NCBI RefSeq assembly: GCF_009914755.1
Contig: NC_060925.1
Reading direction: 5' to 3' (one strand)
DNA from: the human T2T-CHM13v2.0 reference genome, Homo sapiens
DNA: 64,000 nucleotides
The translations under genes were made by a program, and so were the position numbers. Position 1 is the stretch's first letter. Each line of letters opens with the position of its first letter. The notes below the pieces were generated by a model. The model was not told where the DNA came from. It worked only from the letters and a program-made list of their open reading frames with translations, and searched no databases. Below, piece after piece: positions 35,401-50,205 of this stretch.

Positions 35401-35695
35401 AGGTGAGGCCCAGCGCCCATCACCACGGGGCAGCTTTCACCTTGACTTTTTTCACAAGAAGGTTCACAGCTCCTCTCCACCTCTGACCATGAGTCTACAG
35501 AAAGGCCATGGTCCCTATGACACATCTGACCACAGCTGTGGTCTAGCCAGCTCCTCTGATAATTGTCTGCTCAGCCTGAAATGCATTTCTGGGTCAACTT
35601 CTCAATTCTGCAATGTGGAAGTCATGCCCAGGGCATGAGTCAGTATTCAGACCCATGATACCCCCTGAGAATCATATAAAAATATAGGGAATTTC

Positions 35696-36405
35696 ACAAT
35701 GAGATACCATTACCATCTCACACCAGTCAGAATGGCTATTACTAAAAAGTCAGAAATTCACAGACGCTGGTGAGATTGTGGAGCAAAGAGGAAGGTTTAC
35801 ACACTGTTGGTGGGAGTGTAAATTAGTTCAGCCACTGTGGAAAGCAGTTTGGAGATTTTTCAAAGAACTACAAATAGAATTACCATTCAGCCCAGCAATC
35901 CCATTCCTGGGTATATATCCAAAGGAAAATAAATAATTCTACCAAAAAGACACATGCACTTGTATGTCCATTGGAGCACTTCACAATAGCAAAGATATGG
36001 AATCAACCCAGGTGCCCAACAGTAGTGGATTGGATTAAGAAAATGTAGTACATATACACCATGGAATACTATACAGCTGTGAAAAGGCACAAGATTTTTG
36101 CAGTAACATGGATGCAGGTGGAAGGCTTTATCCTAAGCAAATTAACACAGAAGCAGAAAACCATGTTCTCACTTATAAGTGGGAGCTAAACACTGGGTAC
36201 ATGTGAACACAAAGAAGGGAACAACAGTAACTGGGGACTCCAAAAAGGAGGAGAGAAGGAGGGGGGCAAGACTTGAAAAACTATGTATTTGGTACTATGC
36301 TCACTAGTTGGGTGACTGGATCATTAAAAGTGCAAGCCTCAGCATTACATAATATACTCATATAAGAAACCTGCACATGTATCCGCTGAATCTAAGAAAA
36401 GTAAG
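35696..36405 (+). mobile_element. 5'-truncated L1 (L1PB/L1MA-type 3' end)
   Basis: ORF2 C-terminal and 3'UTR match; imperfect TSD AAAAA(TA)TAGGGAMTTT. Confidence 0.85.
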
Positions 36406-36584
36406 TAAAAATAGGGACTTTTTAACGGTGGATCTTCTGTGTACAGCATGCACATGCTTGGATAAGTTAATTGGTTTTATCAGAATGGAATGATAACACT
36501 ATCTTCTTCAATGATTTGTTATAATATTTCAATAAAATAAAATAAAAGTGAAAAGAAAAGCTTCCCACTTAAAGACTTAATAAG

Positions 36585-36906
<322 letters not shown>

Positions 36907-36944
36907 CTAATAAGAAAAGAAACATTTCTAAGTAAGTAACTAAC

Positions 36945-37138
36945 TCTCCACTTAATAAAAAAAAAAAGAAAAAACTCTCTACTGAAGTTGCGAAGATCTA
37001 CGGTAAGAACAAATGTTCTATCTGTGAAATTGTGAAGGAGAAAAAAGTAATTGGTGCATATGTAGGGTATGGTACTATGCACGGTTTCCGGCATCCACTG
37101 GGGCCTTGGAATGTATCCTGGTGGATATGGGGGACTGC
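36945..37138 (+). mobile_element. Tigger4/MER46-family DNA transposon fragment
   Basis: AAGATCTACGGTAAGAAC...GGCATCCACTGGGG...TGGATATGGGGGACTG terminal sequence. Confidence 0.7.
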
Positions 37139-37267
37139 AAAGAAATGTGCTAATTCAAAACAGTCAGCAACATTGGAGAGTCTCCCTGCAGGTACAAGAG
37201 GATGGACTGAGTGAGAAGTAGATTTCCCATTTACTCTTGGGAGATGAATAACAATAGCAACGATTAG

Positions 37268-37774
<507 letters not shown>

Positions 37775-38020
37775 TGACTCTCATGGTGTAGTCAACTTCT
37801 TGAAGATTGCAGGATAAGATGCCAGGCAAGACGAGGGTTCAAATACCAAGTCTCTTTTTTCAGTGCCTTCAACTCTTAGCCCCAAATTCCAGAATGTCTT
37901 TCCTCCATCTAGCCAGTATCCGTCCATTCTATTTGTCTAGATAGTCCCTACCCAAATGTCCTTATAACATTTTGAGGGATGGCATCATTCTCATTTGTCT
38001 ATAACATCTTGCCTAGAGCC

Positions 38021-38160
38021 ATCGGTTTTACAGGCTGTACAGGAGGCACAATGCTGGCACCTGCTCAGCTTCTGGGGAAGCCTCAGGAAACTTTCAATCA
38101 TGGCGGAAGGAAAAGAGGAAGCAGGCACATCTTACATGGCTGGAGCAGAAGCAAGAGAGC
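38021..38160 (+). mobile_element. MST (MaLR) LTR fragment
   Basis: GCCTCAGGAAACTTTCAATCATGGCGGAAGG...CATGGCTGGAGCAG. Confidence 0.75.
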
Positions 38161-38178
38161 TAAAATAACTTTTATTGC

Positions 38179-39585
38179 TTTTTTTTAAACCTCTGATCTT
38201 TTTATTAGCCTCCTGCTCCCCAAAGAGTATCCTGCTTCTGCCGGTTTAATGTCTCAGAACTTTGGTGTCGTTGGTCTCAGACACCACTTTGCCCTCCACT
38301 ATCCAGCGGGTGGTGGTCTTTTGGATGGTTTGCACGGACTTGCTCCTGTCCAGGGTATCACCAAGATTGAAGTCCTTGCCATCTTCCAGCAGGCCGCAGT
38401 AGGTGGTGATCTCAGCCTCCAGCTTGACTTTGATGTTCAGCAGAGCCTCATACTCCTGGGCCTGGCGCTGTCCCTCTGCCCAGGTCTGTGCTAGCTCTGA
38501 CTCCAGGTGCAGCAGGATCCCATTGAGCTGCTCCATCTGCAGGGTGCAGTGGGCCTCCGCCTCCCTCAGGCTGTTCTCCAAGCTAGGCTTCAGATTTCTT
38601 ATGAAGTCTAGGTTGATCTCCAAGGACTGGACTGTATGTCTCAGCTCCATGAGCGTCATCTCAGCAACTCCAACCTCAGTGGACTGCATGGTGACCACTG
38701 TGGTCCTCTCCTTAATCTGCTGAGACCAGTACTTGCCCAGCTCTTCTTGGTTCTTCCAAGCCAGCTCGTCATATTGGGCCCAGATGTCTGCCATGATCTT
38801 GGCAAGGTCCTGAGATTTGAGGGCATCTACCTCCAAGGTCAACCCAGAGCTGACAATCTGGGCTTGTCGGCCTTTTACTTCCTCTTCGTGGTTCTTCTTC
38901 ATGAAGAGCAGCTCCTCCTTGAGAGCCTCGATCTCTGTCTCCAGCTGCAGCCGAGTGACACTGGTGTCATCAATGGCCTTGCGGAGCCCCTGGATGTCAC
39001 TCTCCACAGACTGGCGCATGGCCAGCTCTGTCTCATACTTGACTCTAAAGTCATCAGCAACAAGATGGGCATTGTCGATCTGCAGAACAGTGCAGGCATT
39101 ATCCACAGTATTTGCGAAGATCTGAGCCCTCAAATCCTTGATGGTCTTGAAGTAATGGCTCCAGTCTCTGACCTGGGTCCCTTCTTCTCCAGGTGCTCCC
39201 GGATTTTGCTCTCCAGCTTCCGGTTCTTGGTCTCCAGGCTCCTCACTCTGTCCAGGTAGAAGGCCAGGTGGTGGTTCAGGCTTTGCATGGGCTCCTTTTC
39301 ATTCTGGATGCCTCCCATTTCTGCCAGACCCCCAGCCATCCCCGCGGCCAGGCCCCCGGACCCCATGCCGCCCTGGAAGCTGGTGGAGCGGGACATGGAG
39401 ATTTGGGAACCAGAGCCCCCGACGCCTGCATAGACGCTGGCTGTGCTGCTGACTGGCGGAGGGCCATAGCTGGGCGCCTGGACAGAGCCCAGGGACTGGT
39501 AGTTGGTGGAGGTGGAGCGAGTGGTGAAGTTCATGCTGTCTGCAGAGGAGAGTAAGAAGACAGGACTCCGGCTTTGCCGACGACC
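38179..39585 (-). pseudogene. KRT18P28: Keratin 18 processed pseudogene
   Basis: ORFs 39130..39534 and 38246..39133 together cover KRT18 from start to ...DTKVLRH; one frameshift near 39175; intronless; AATAAA and short poly(A); number from recall. Confidence 0.95.
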
Positions 39586-40544
39586 TACTTTTTACTAATT
39601 AGGAAAGCAATGCCTCTACCCTGAGCCAATTTGGACAATACAGAAAAGCATAAGAAAGAAGAAAACTTAAATGAACTGTAATTCCAATGCTCAGCAATAA
39701 CTACTACTAGATTTTGGTATATTTTCTTTTAGTATTTTTTTTTCTATCACACTATTACAAAGTTTAGATCATATTAAATTTTATAGTTTGTTTTTCTATT
39801 TAGATAAGCATTTTCATATCATTAAAAATTACTTAAACACATAATTTTCAAGAGTGGCATGTAATTTCTTGGTATAAATATAATTTGTATAACCTTATAT
39901 TTTCAAGCATTTGGGCTACACTAATTTCTATAGCATCAACTATGCCATTTTGAATATCTTTGTGCATAAGCTTTTGCTTATATTTCAGATATTCCTCTAG
40001 GGGAAGGTGGGATTACTGAGTCAAGATGTAGAAACATTTTAACGCTCTCAGTATTGCCAAGCCGTTTCCCAAAAAGAATGTAATTAATTTCTACTTCTGT
40101 TAGCAGATAAAATTCCCAGGTTGGCTGAGTTATGAAAGAGAAGGAAACTATAGGCACCTAAAGCAGGGACAGAATGCGGGGATGGAGTAAGGTAAATATT
40201 CTAAGCAGAGAGAGTAGTTAGTGGCTTTATCCAGGGGTAGAAGAACTTGGTCTAGGTAGCTGAATATAGCAGGAGTAGAGGACAATTTGGGACAAAAACT
40301 CAGGCTGTAGAGATATGCATAAGCCATGTTACAAAGAGTCACCTAAACTGGCTTTAGGTAAAAAGTTAGGACCAAAATTAAAACAAACTGAAGAATCTCG
40401 TTGGCAACACGCTTGAGATTCTGCAGAGGAGAGAGAATAGCTCATTTATTTTACAGATATGTATTGAGCACCTATTCTGTGCTGGCATGGTATTTGGTGC
40501 TGGTGCTGAAGACAGACAATAAACATGATTTTTTACGTAAAATT

Positions 40545-41100
40545 GTCAAGAAAATAAAAACACATATCTACCCCAAAACTTGTACATTCACATCCATAGC
40601 AGAATTATTTATAATAGCTATAAAGTGGAAAGAACTTAAATGTCAATCAACTGATAAACAGATAAATAAAATGTGGTATAGCCATACAGTAGAATACTAT
40701 TTGGCTATTTAAAAAGGAATAAAGTACTGCTGATACATACTACAACATGGATGAACCTTGAAAACATGCTAAATGACAGAAAATGAGGTCACAGAAACCC
40801 ATATAACATATGATCCCATTTATATAAAATGTCCAGAATAGGCAAATCAATAGAGACAGAAAGTACATTAGTGGTTGCCTAGGGCTGGGGGTTGGGGGTT
40901 GCCAGGGAAGAGGGGCAGAGTTTGAAAAGGAATGGGAGCTGACTGCTAATGGGCCCAGGATTTCTTTCTGGGGTGATGAGAATGTACTATAATTGATTGT
41001 GATGATGACTGCCCAACTCTGAGAACTGAAACCATTGAATTGTATGCTTAAATGGGTGAACCGTATGGTATGTGAATTATATCTCAATTTTTAGAAATAA
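40545..41100 (+). mobile_element. L1MB-type 3' end
   Basis: ORF 40401..40712 ends in degenerate ORF2 C-terminus; typical 3'UTR. Confidence 0.8.
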
Positions 41101-42649
41101 AATTTATGGCACATTATGTGACAGTTAGGTGCTATGGAGAATGATAAAAATATGGAGATGGATAGGGCAGAGCAGGGATGAGGACATTTTGGAGAGTAGG
41201 CCCGGGATATAATTTTTGTACAGAGCAGAGAGGGAAGGTCTCACCCGTAAGATGATGTTTGAGTAAAGATCTGAAGGAGGTCAAAAGGAAAATCTTGGAC
41301 TTTGACAGCTGCAAAATAAGGAAAGTTTTTTCCATCACCAAGTCATTCCCAGGGTACAGTTCAGTTATAAAGAACATAGATAAATTAGTAGTAACACAGT
41401 TTTAGGAAGTCTTTAATACTAACACATTATTTTCATATTTCCCTATGTAAGAATAAATAAGGCTCACATCAGTCAGAAAACACTAAATAAGTACACTGGG
41501 GATTTAGGTATTTTGGAAGTTTTGTATGGTGGAGATTTGGTTTATATTATTTTGGAGGTGCACACCAGGATGCTGTGAAATGTAATTGTATTTCTTTTTC
41601 CTTTTGTTTTCCTCAATTGAAAAAATAAGTATTAATGAACACTTCATTCGGCCATTTATTCACAAATAATTTTTCTCTCTTAGAACACTAATTTTTTTCC
41701 TCCTCAACTCTTTGACATTAACTTTGTAAACCACAAAAAAACTAAACAAACAAACAAACAAACACTTTGGAAACAAATACTCAATGGCAGTAAGAAACAC
41801 AACAGTTCTTTGAAGCCTGTACCTCCTTATTTTGACCAGAGGAGAGCACTAGAGAGCTTTCGGGCTATTGAAGGGCCCCCCCCCGCACAATCCCAAAGGG
41901 CTGGGTGGAGCCTGAAGCATTCAGCCAGGCATAGCTTTAAGTCCTGACTCAGAAGACAACAGCACAGCACTTTGCTAAAGGGCAAGCTCGGACACATTTC
42001 CGTAACATATAACACTTCTTTCACCTCAGACGTGATGTTCTGCTAAATCTTCAACATTTCATAATGTGTACTAACCCCTTGATACTTGTTTTGTGTTCTG
42101 CTTTTGTTTTCAGCTCTTTGGGAGGTAAACAATGATTTTAATTTCATTTTACATAAACCACACAAAAAAGAAAGAATCACCATACATGTTTAAGGGCACA
42201 TGAACTCCACTAAGGAGAGGCAGTACTGGGTATGGACAAGACACAACCTAAAACTTCCGACTAAAGCTACCCTGGTGAAAAGCCAATGGCCCAAACTTGT
42301 CTTAACTATCAGAAGTCTTAGGTTTCAATTTTGATAGGAAAAGACACTAAGAATAACATCAGCTAATTAGCCTACAATTTGAACAGTGTATAAATATCTA
42401 ATAATGGAGCAGACACTTAAAATGTATAATAACTGGGGTATCAACGGCAGAAGACAACAGACACTCTCAACCACTGTTGATGGAAATAGAAATAGTTAAA
42501 ATCTTATTGGAAGGCATCTTGTTAAAAAAAAAAACTTTCAAAATTTTAAGTGTGCATAATTTCAACCCAGCAATTCCATCTCTAGATATAAGTTCCCCCG
42601 AAATGCTGCACATGCACACAAAAATTTTATTTATAGTAGTTTTAATAAT

Positions 42650-42860
42650 AATGATAATAGCATTTAGCACTTACTGTGGTAGGTGCAGTTCAAGAACTTT
42701 ACATACGTTGACTAATTTATCTCTAAAAACAGCCTGGCGATCCCCATTTTATTGATGAGGAAGCTGAGGCAGGGACAGGTTAAGTAACAGCTGTGAAGAG
42801 GTGGAGCCAGGATTCGAATGCATGGATCCCAACGCCCCTGCTCTTAACCACTATGCTATG
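42650..42860 (-). mobile_element. MIR
   Basis: CCCCATTTTATTGATGAGGAAGCTGAGGC core. Confidence 0.7.
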
Positions 42861-43358
42861 CAATACGAGGATATTTATTGTAGCATTGTTTATAGTGGTG
42901 TAAAACTGGAAACAGCCCATGTCTAGCACTAGTGGAATCGTTAAATAACCAATGATGTATTCATATTGTCAAAATGAAGTCAATCTAGGTGCCCTGACTC
43001 AGAAAAGGCCCCAAAGGTATACTGTAGAGAAGGGGAGGGAGAGAAGCAATTCTCAGAATAATACGTATCATATGATTCCATTTGTGTTTCTTTTCAATTA
43101 CACGTTTGTATTTGGACATATATTCAAGCATAGAAAAAGGATGGAAGAACATACAGACACCAAACTGTACCAGTTGTAGTCTTTGAGGAGAGTGGTATTG
43201 GGAAGGGGGTGGTTGTAAAAGAGGAATTTCAATTTCATATTTTACCCTATGTAATTCTGTATTACTTGAAAGTTTTAAAATAAAATATATTTACATACTA
43301 CTTCTGCATCTTTTAAAAAACTGGAACACTCTTTCAAAGACTAAAAAAGGACACACTT

Positions 43359-43655
43359 GGGCTGCGTACGGTGGCTCACACCTGTAGTCCCAGCACTTTG
43401 GGAGGCCGAGGTGGGTGAGCCAAGAGTTTGAGACCAGCCTGGGCAACATGGTGAAACTCCATCTCTACAAATACAAAAGAAATTAGCCAGGTGTGGCAGC
43501 GAGTGCCTGTAGTCCCAGCTGCTCGGAAGGCTGAAGCCGGAGGATAGTTTGAGCCCTGGAGGTCAAGGCAGCAGTGAGCCATGACTGCACCACTGCACTC
43601 CAGCCTGGGCAACAGAGTGAGACTCTGTCTCAAAATAAAATAAAATAAAATAAAG
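43359..43655 (+). mobile_element. AluJ
   Basis: Consensus match; (TAAAA)n tail. Confidence 0.9.
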
Positions 43656-44589
43656 ACATAGTGTAAACATCGAAGGGAATCTTAGCAAACAGTTCAGTCA
43701 ACTCCTTCATAGTACTAGTGAAGAAACCGCAGTGTTAGGAAGTAAAATGGAGCCTGTATTGTTACGCCTATAACGGCTGCTCTAAGCTAGAGGCTGCCTG
43801 CCTGACTCCTGCCCCAGAGCTCTTTTTGTGTTACTACTTTGCCTTCACCTGGGGAAACCTCTAAAAGTGAGTTATGCACTATCTTAATGTGATTTGACAG
43901 TTACATTTTATTTCATAGATTCATAGTTATGTGGCCTTTTAAAACGTTTTGGAGGAACATATGTCACTCATTCATTCAACAAATATTTATTAAATAAAAT
44001 AATTAGATATTACTAATTAGGTGCTAATTGTTATATGCCAGGTTCTGTTCTGGGCCCTGGAAATATAACATTGCTCAAGATATACATAGTTGTCGCCCTC
44101 AAGAATTATGGGAAAATGTTCACCACCTAACCACATAGGAAAAAACACACTATGAAGCTGTACGTCCTAAATGAAAATGCACAAAAATGTTAACAGTTAT
44201 CTCTGGAGTTTTAGGAGATTTTTATGTGGTTCTTTATGTATTTCTATGTTTTCTTTCTTTAGGAAGTTTTCAATTGGCATGTATTTCCTTCATAATGAGA
44301 AAAATATATTTTAAAGAATCAAACAGTAGCTCTTTGTGTAAGTTTTGAAACCTGTGGAACTATATGAAAAGAGAAAAGGGTCATTATACCAGGAGAAAGC
44401 AAATGTTTCCCTGAAAAGGAAAGGCTTAGACAAGCTCTTCTGTTCTTGTTGCTGAACCATAAGTCTATGGAATTCCCAGGGAAAAGCCTTTTCAGAGGGC
44501 ACTTCTGGAGCTGTGAGACATCTTTTGTCATATTGCTAAGGAACATCAGACAGTACACTTTGGGGGAAAGAGCTATGGAAGCCAGTCCA

Positions 44590-44830
44590 GGCTAGTGGTT
44601 TAGTCTTCAGGCTTTGGAGACAGACTGTATGGACGCAGATCCCAGCTCAACCCCTTTCTAGCTATGCAACCTCAAGAAATTTGTTTGCCTTTTTGAACTT
44701 CGGTTTCTCCATCTGTGAATGGGAATAAAAATGGAACATACATCATTTGGTAGTTAGGAGAATTAAGTGAGATAATGTATATAAAGAGCTTAAAACTGTG
44801 GTTGGCACATAATTGTGTTTAGTTTATGTT
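44590..44830 (+). mobile_element. MIR
   Basis: GGCTTTGGAG...TTTCTCCATCTGTGAATGGG core. Confidence 0.7.
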
Positions 44831-45693
44831 ACCTGCCACTTAGCTCAGAAGCGGAATCAAATTCTCACTTCCCTGACTACCCACCTCCCCACCACACATA
44901 CAGTCTGCACATTCATATGCACCCACACACCAAAGAAATACAGGCTATACCTTAGAGAAAACGTCTTCAGTACTGTTTCAGCAATTACACAAATTAACTC
45001 ATCTACCTAACAATTGGACTAAAAATAGAACAATCCTGCATATTAAAATATAATAAATAGAAAATGATACACTGAGATGTTTTTCTTTTCACAATGTGTT
45101 TTGGGCTTCCTCAATGTCCACAGAAAGCAGTCTCAATATTTTATTATATCCTTTGCTTTATTTTCCAAATCCCTTAAAAGTAACTGATAATGGAGGAACT
45201 CTGGCAACAAAAGAAGGCTTAGCCCTGTGTGCCAGAGCTCCCAATTAAGCTAAGGTCTAGGCGCTGCCCTGACATATGACAAGCAGAGCTATCCAGCTTG
45301 AAGAAACCTTATAGGATTGGACAATGAGGACATCCACAGCACCCATGATACCTTAACCCTTACCCCTTGCCCATTATCAGAGGGTTGATGCTTCAGCACT
45401 TTGATACTTTGAAGAATCATTGTCAAAGACCCTGCTTTTGTGTAATGCAGTGTGTACTAGATTTTGAAGGAAAGTAAAACAATTTATTAAACCTACAATG
45501 AAATAATAAGATTATTTTCCAAGAGGTAGCCCTATTGCTGAGAGCCCTCTTGTAACCATGATGGAAGCCAGCCTGGGTACAAAGACAGCAGATGGCATAA
45601 ATAATGGCAGAAAGAAGAAAAGCCATACTTCTGATCCAACTATGCCTGAAGCTTGGAACAACCTCTGGACTCCTCAGTTATGTGGGCCAATAA

Positions 45694-47221
<1,528 letters not shown>

Positions 47222-48879
47222 CCTATTTGGTTTTGAGTCATAGACCCAAATTTACAGAGCATGGACTTTCATGCACAGTCACACTGAGTTTTTAACAAGA
47301 GTATGTTCTCTATCACTAAGAATTCCAAATCCTGTTTCTTTTGGAGTACTCTTTAACTTAGATTCATTTTATGTTTTAAAAGTCTAAGCCATAAATGTGT
47401 TTTGCTGGTAACATGTTTCATAGGTCAATTCATTGGTTGCAGGTTTGGAAGGCTCGCCACATGAAGGAATTACTGCTGGATGAGAGATGCTGGAGCTTTG
47501 GACTGACCAGGGACTCTGGCCAGACCTAGGCTGGCCCAGGGACTTAAGGCCCAAGGGAACATAAATGAACAAGTGCTGTTCAAGGGAGCCACTCACCCAT
47601 CTTTTTCTGTGGATTCGTTCCTGCTGGGAACATACCAAACACGAAGGAAAGGGGAAACTATCTTCATTTTAGATAAAGAACTGCACGACTTAAACTTTAT
47701 TTCTCCATACCATTCTCTTTGATCTTAGGGTGAGTAAGAGGGAAAAAATGTGCTTGTAGAGAGGTGAGTGAGAAAAGTGGTCATATCTTTGCCTCATAAA
47801 TGCTGAAAAACTTGAATCACTGAATAGTTTTAACTGGCTTTTGCCTGTTGAGATAATAACAATCACCTTTAGGCAGCTCAGGGAAGAATATAGTTATGGG
47901 GAATTTTAAAACTCCAGTCAAGGTCAGTTCAAAGTAGGTTCCAATTTGTCTTATAAATGTAATTTATTTCATCTTGCCAACTTGAAAAGATATTTTTCCA
48001 AAGAGCTTAGAAATGGAGGGTAACTATGGACTAGAAAAAAATGGAACAGTCTGGGATAGAATGATTTGGGATGGGTTGAAGCTCCCCAGGCACAAAACAA
48101 TTAAGATTTCATTACATTCATCATCAGGTGCCTCTCCCCCAAGTAGCATTTAAAGCACTCCACAATCTGGTCCATGCTGCCTTTTCTAGCCTTGTATCCT
48201 ACTAACCTTTCCTTATCTCATGCAAACACCTGATTCCTTTCATATCATTTCTTACCTCTGGGCTTTTTTCAAACTGCTCTATTCCTGTTTGGAATGCCGT
48301 CTTTCCCTTCCTCCCTGCAATATCTGCCCATCAAATTTGCACTATTTATTTAAGACATAGTTAAAACCTGACAGACTCCAAAATGTCTCACAAGGTTCTT
48401 GCAGAAAAGAATCTCACCATCCTTAATAGTTACATAATATTTTGTGTGTACCAATATTGTACACTTATCACCATCACTATCTGTCCTGTATTACAGTTTA
48501 TGTGTTTATCTTCCACATTTTCTTTCCAATGCATTGAGTGCAAGGGTCACATCTCGTTCATCTCTGAGCCTCCATCTATGTGCTTTGCACATATTCTATA
48601 GTTCATAGGTTCAGTATGTTCCCATTTGGTTGTAGTACTTATTCATTACCCATGATAATAGCTCACTCTGATTCAGTCAAGCACTGTTTTAAAAGCTCTG
48701 CATACATTGACTCATTTAAAACATGCAATGCAGGTTACCATTATTATCTCCAGTTTACAGTTCAAGAAACAGATTACGTAAATATGCCCAAGGTTACACA
48801 GATAATAAGGAGCAAAACTGGGACTTGAATCCGGAAGATCTGCTTCCAGAGATCATACCCTTAACCACTAGGAGAAACA

Positions 48880-49057
48880 CAGTCGGCCCTCCATATCTGT
48901 GGGGGGATTTGCTCTAGGACTCCTGCAGGTACCAAAAACTGTGGATGCTCAAGCCCCTTACATAAAATTGTGTAGTACAGTCCTGGCATACTCCATACTC
49001 TATCGGCAGGTTTCCATCTGGTTGGTTGAATCCTTTGCAGATACGGAGGGCTGACTA
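48880..49057. mobile_element. MER2-family (Tigger-type) MITE
   Basis: TIRs CAGTCGGCCCTCC ... GGAGGGCTGACT; GTGGATGCTCAAG core. Confidence 0.75.
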
Positions 49058-49749
49058 TATATACAGTCACCACAGATTTTCTTGTATTCTTTTGGAGAAA
49101 TCAGAGATTCGATAAGCCACACACTGGATGTGGAATTCTAGAGCTCTGGTATCATAAGTCCTGGATTAGAAGAATTTGACTGAACATACATACATCCACT
49201 GAAAATTGTAAGCTGTTGATATAGATATTTCTTATGTTTTTAGGCTGTCCAGCATCTTTTGATCATTCTTGCTATTTTTAGGAAATCTCTGGCCTTAGGA
49301 ATTCTGCTTCCCAAGATACAAACCCAGAAAACTCAGTTCCCTGGGGTCCTTTGTAGCTAGAACATAAGCATGTGAAATTTTATTTCAGAAAGGTTCTCAC
49401 CCAGGAGATAGCTTTGGTGCTGGGCCGCAGTACGGGGCACTGTAAAGTCAGTCCTAGGCAGCAGGGCCAATGGTGTGCCCCTCAGTAGTGGGAAGGACAG
49501 AAGCAGCAGCAGCAGGTTCCTCATCAGCCAGTTCTGTACCATGGTCTTCAGTGTTATTCCTGGAAACGTAGCCTTAAGCCAGTCCTCCCACTCTTCTGTT
49601 AGCTACCCAGTATCCTTTTTTTCTTTAACAGCTTTATTGAGAAGTAGTTTACATACCCTAAAATTCACCTGCTTTAACCCAATATCTTTTAAATAAACTT
49701 AGGTTAATAAACTGCTTAAATATCCAGAGTCAGTTTCTCTTGCTTGTAA

Positions 49750-50205
<456 letters not shown>

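Noticed and set aside
38160-39600. TSD for the KRT18 pseudogene (ACTTTTATTGC versus ACTTTTTACTA)
   Set aside because: Too short, mismatched and low-complexity to support.
44460-44495. NF-kB-like GGAATTCCC/GGGAAAAGCC and scattered TGACTCA AP-1 motifs in 41-49 kb
   Set aside because: Short motifs expected by chance; not supportable without chromatin or conservation data.
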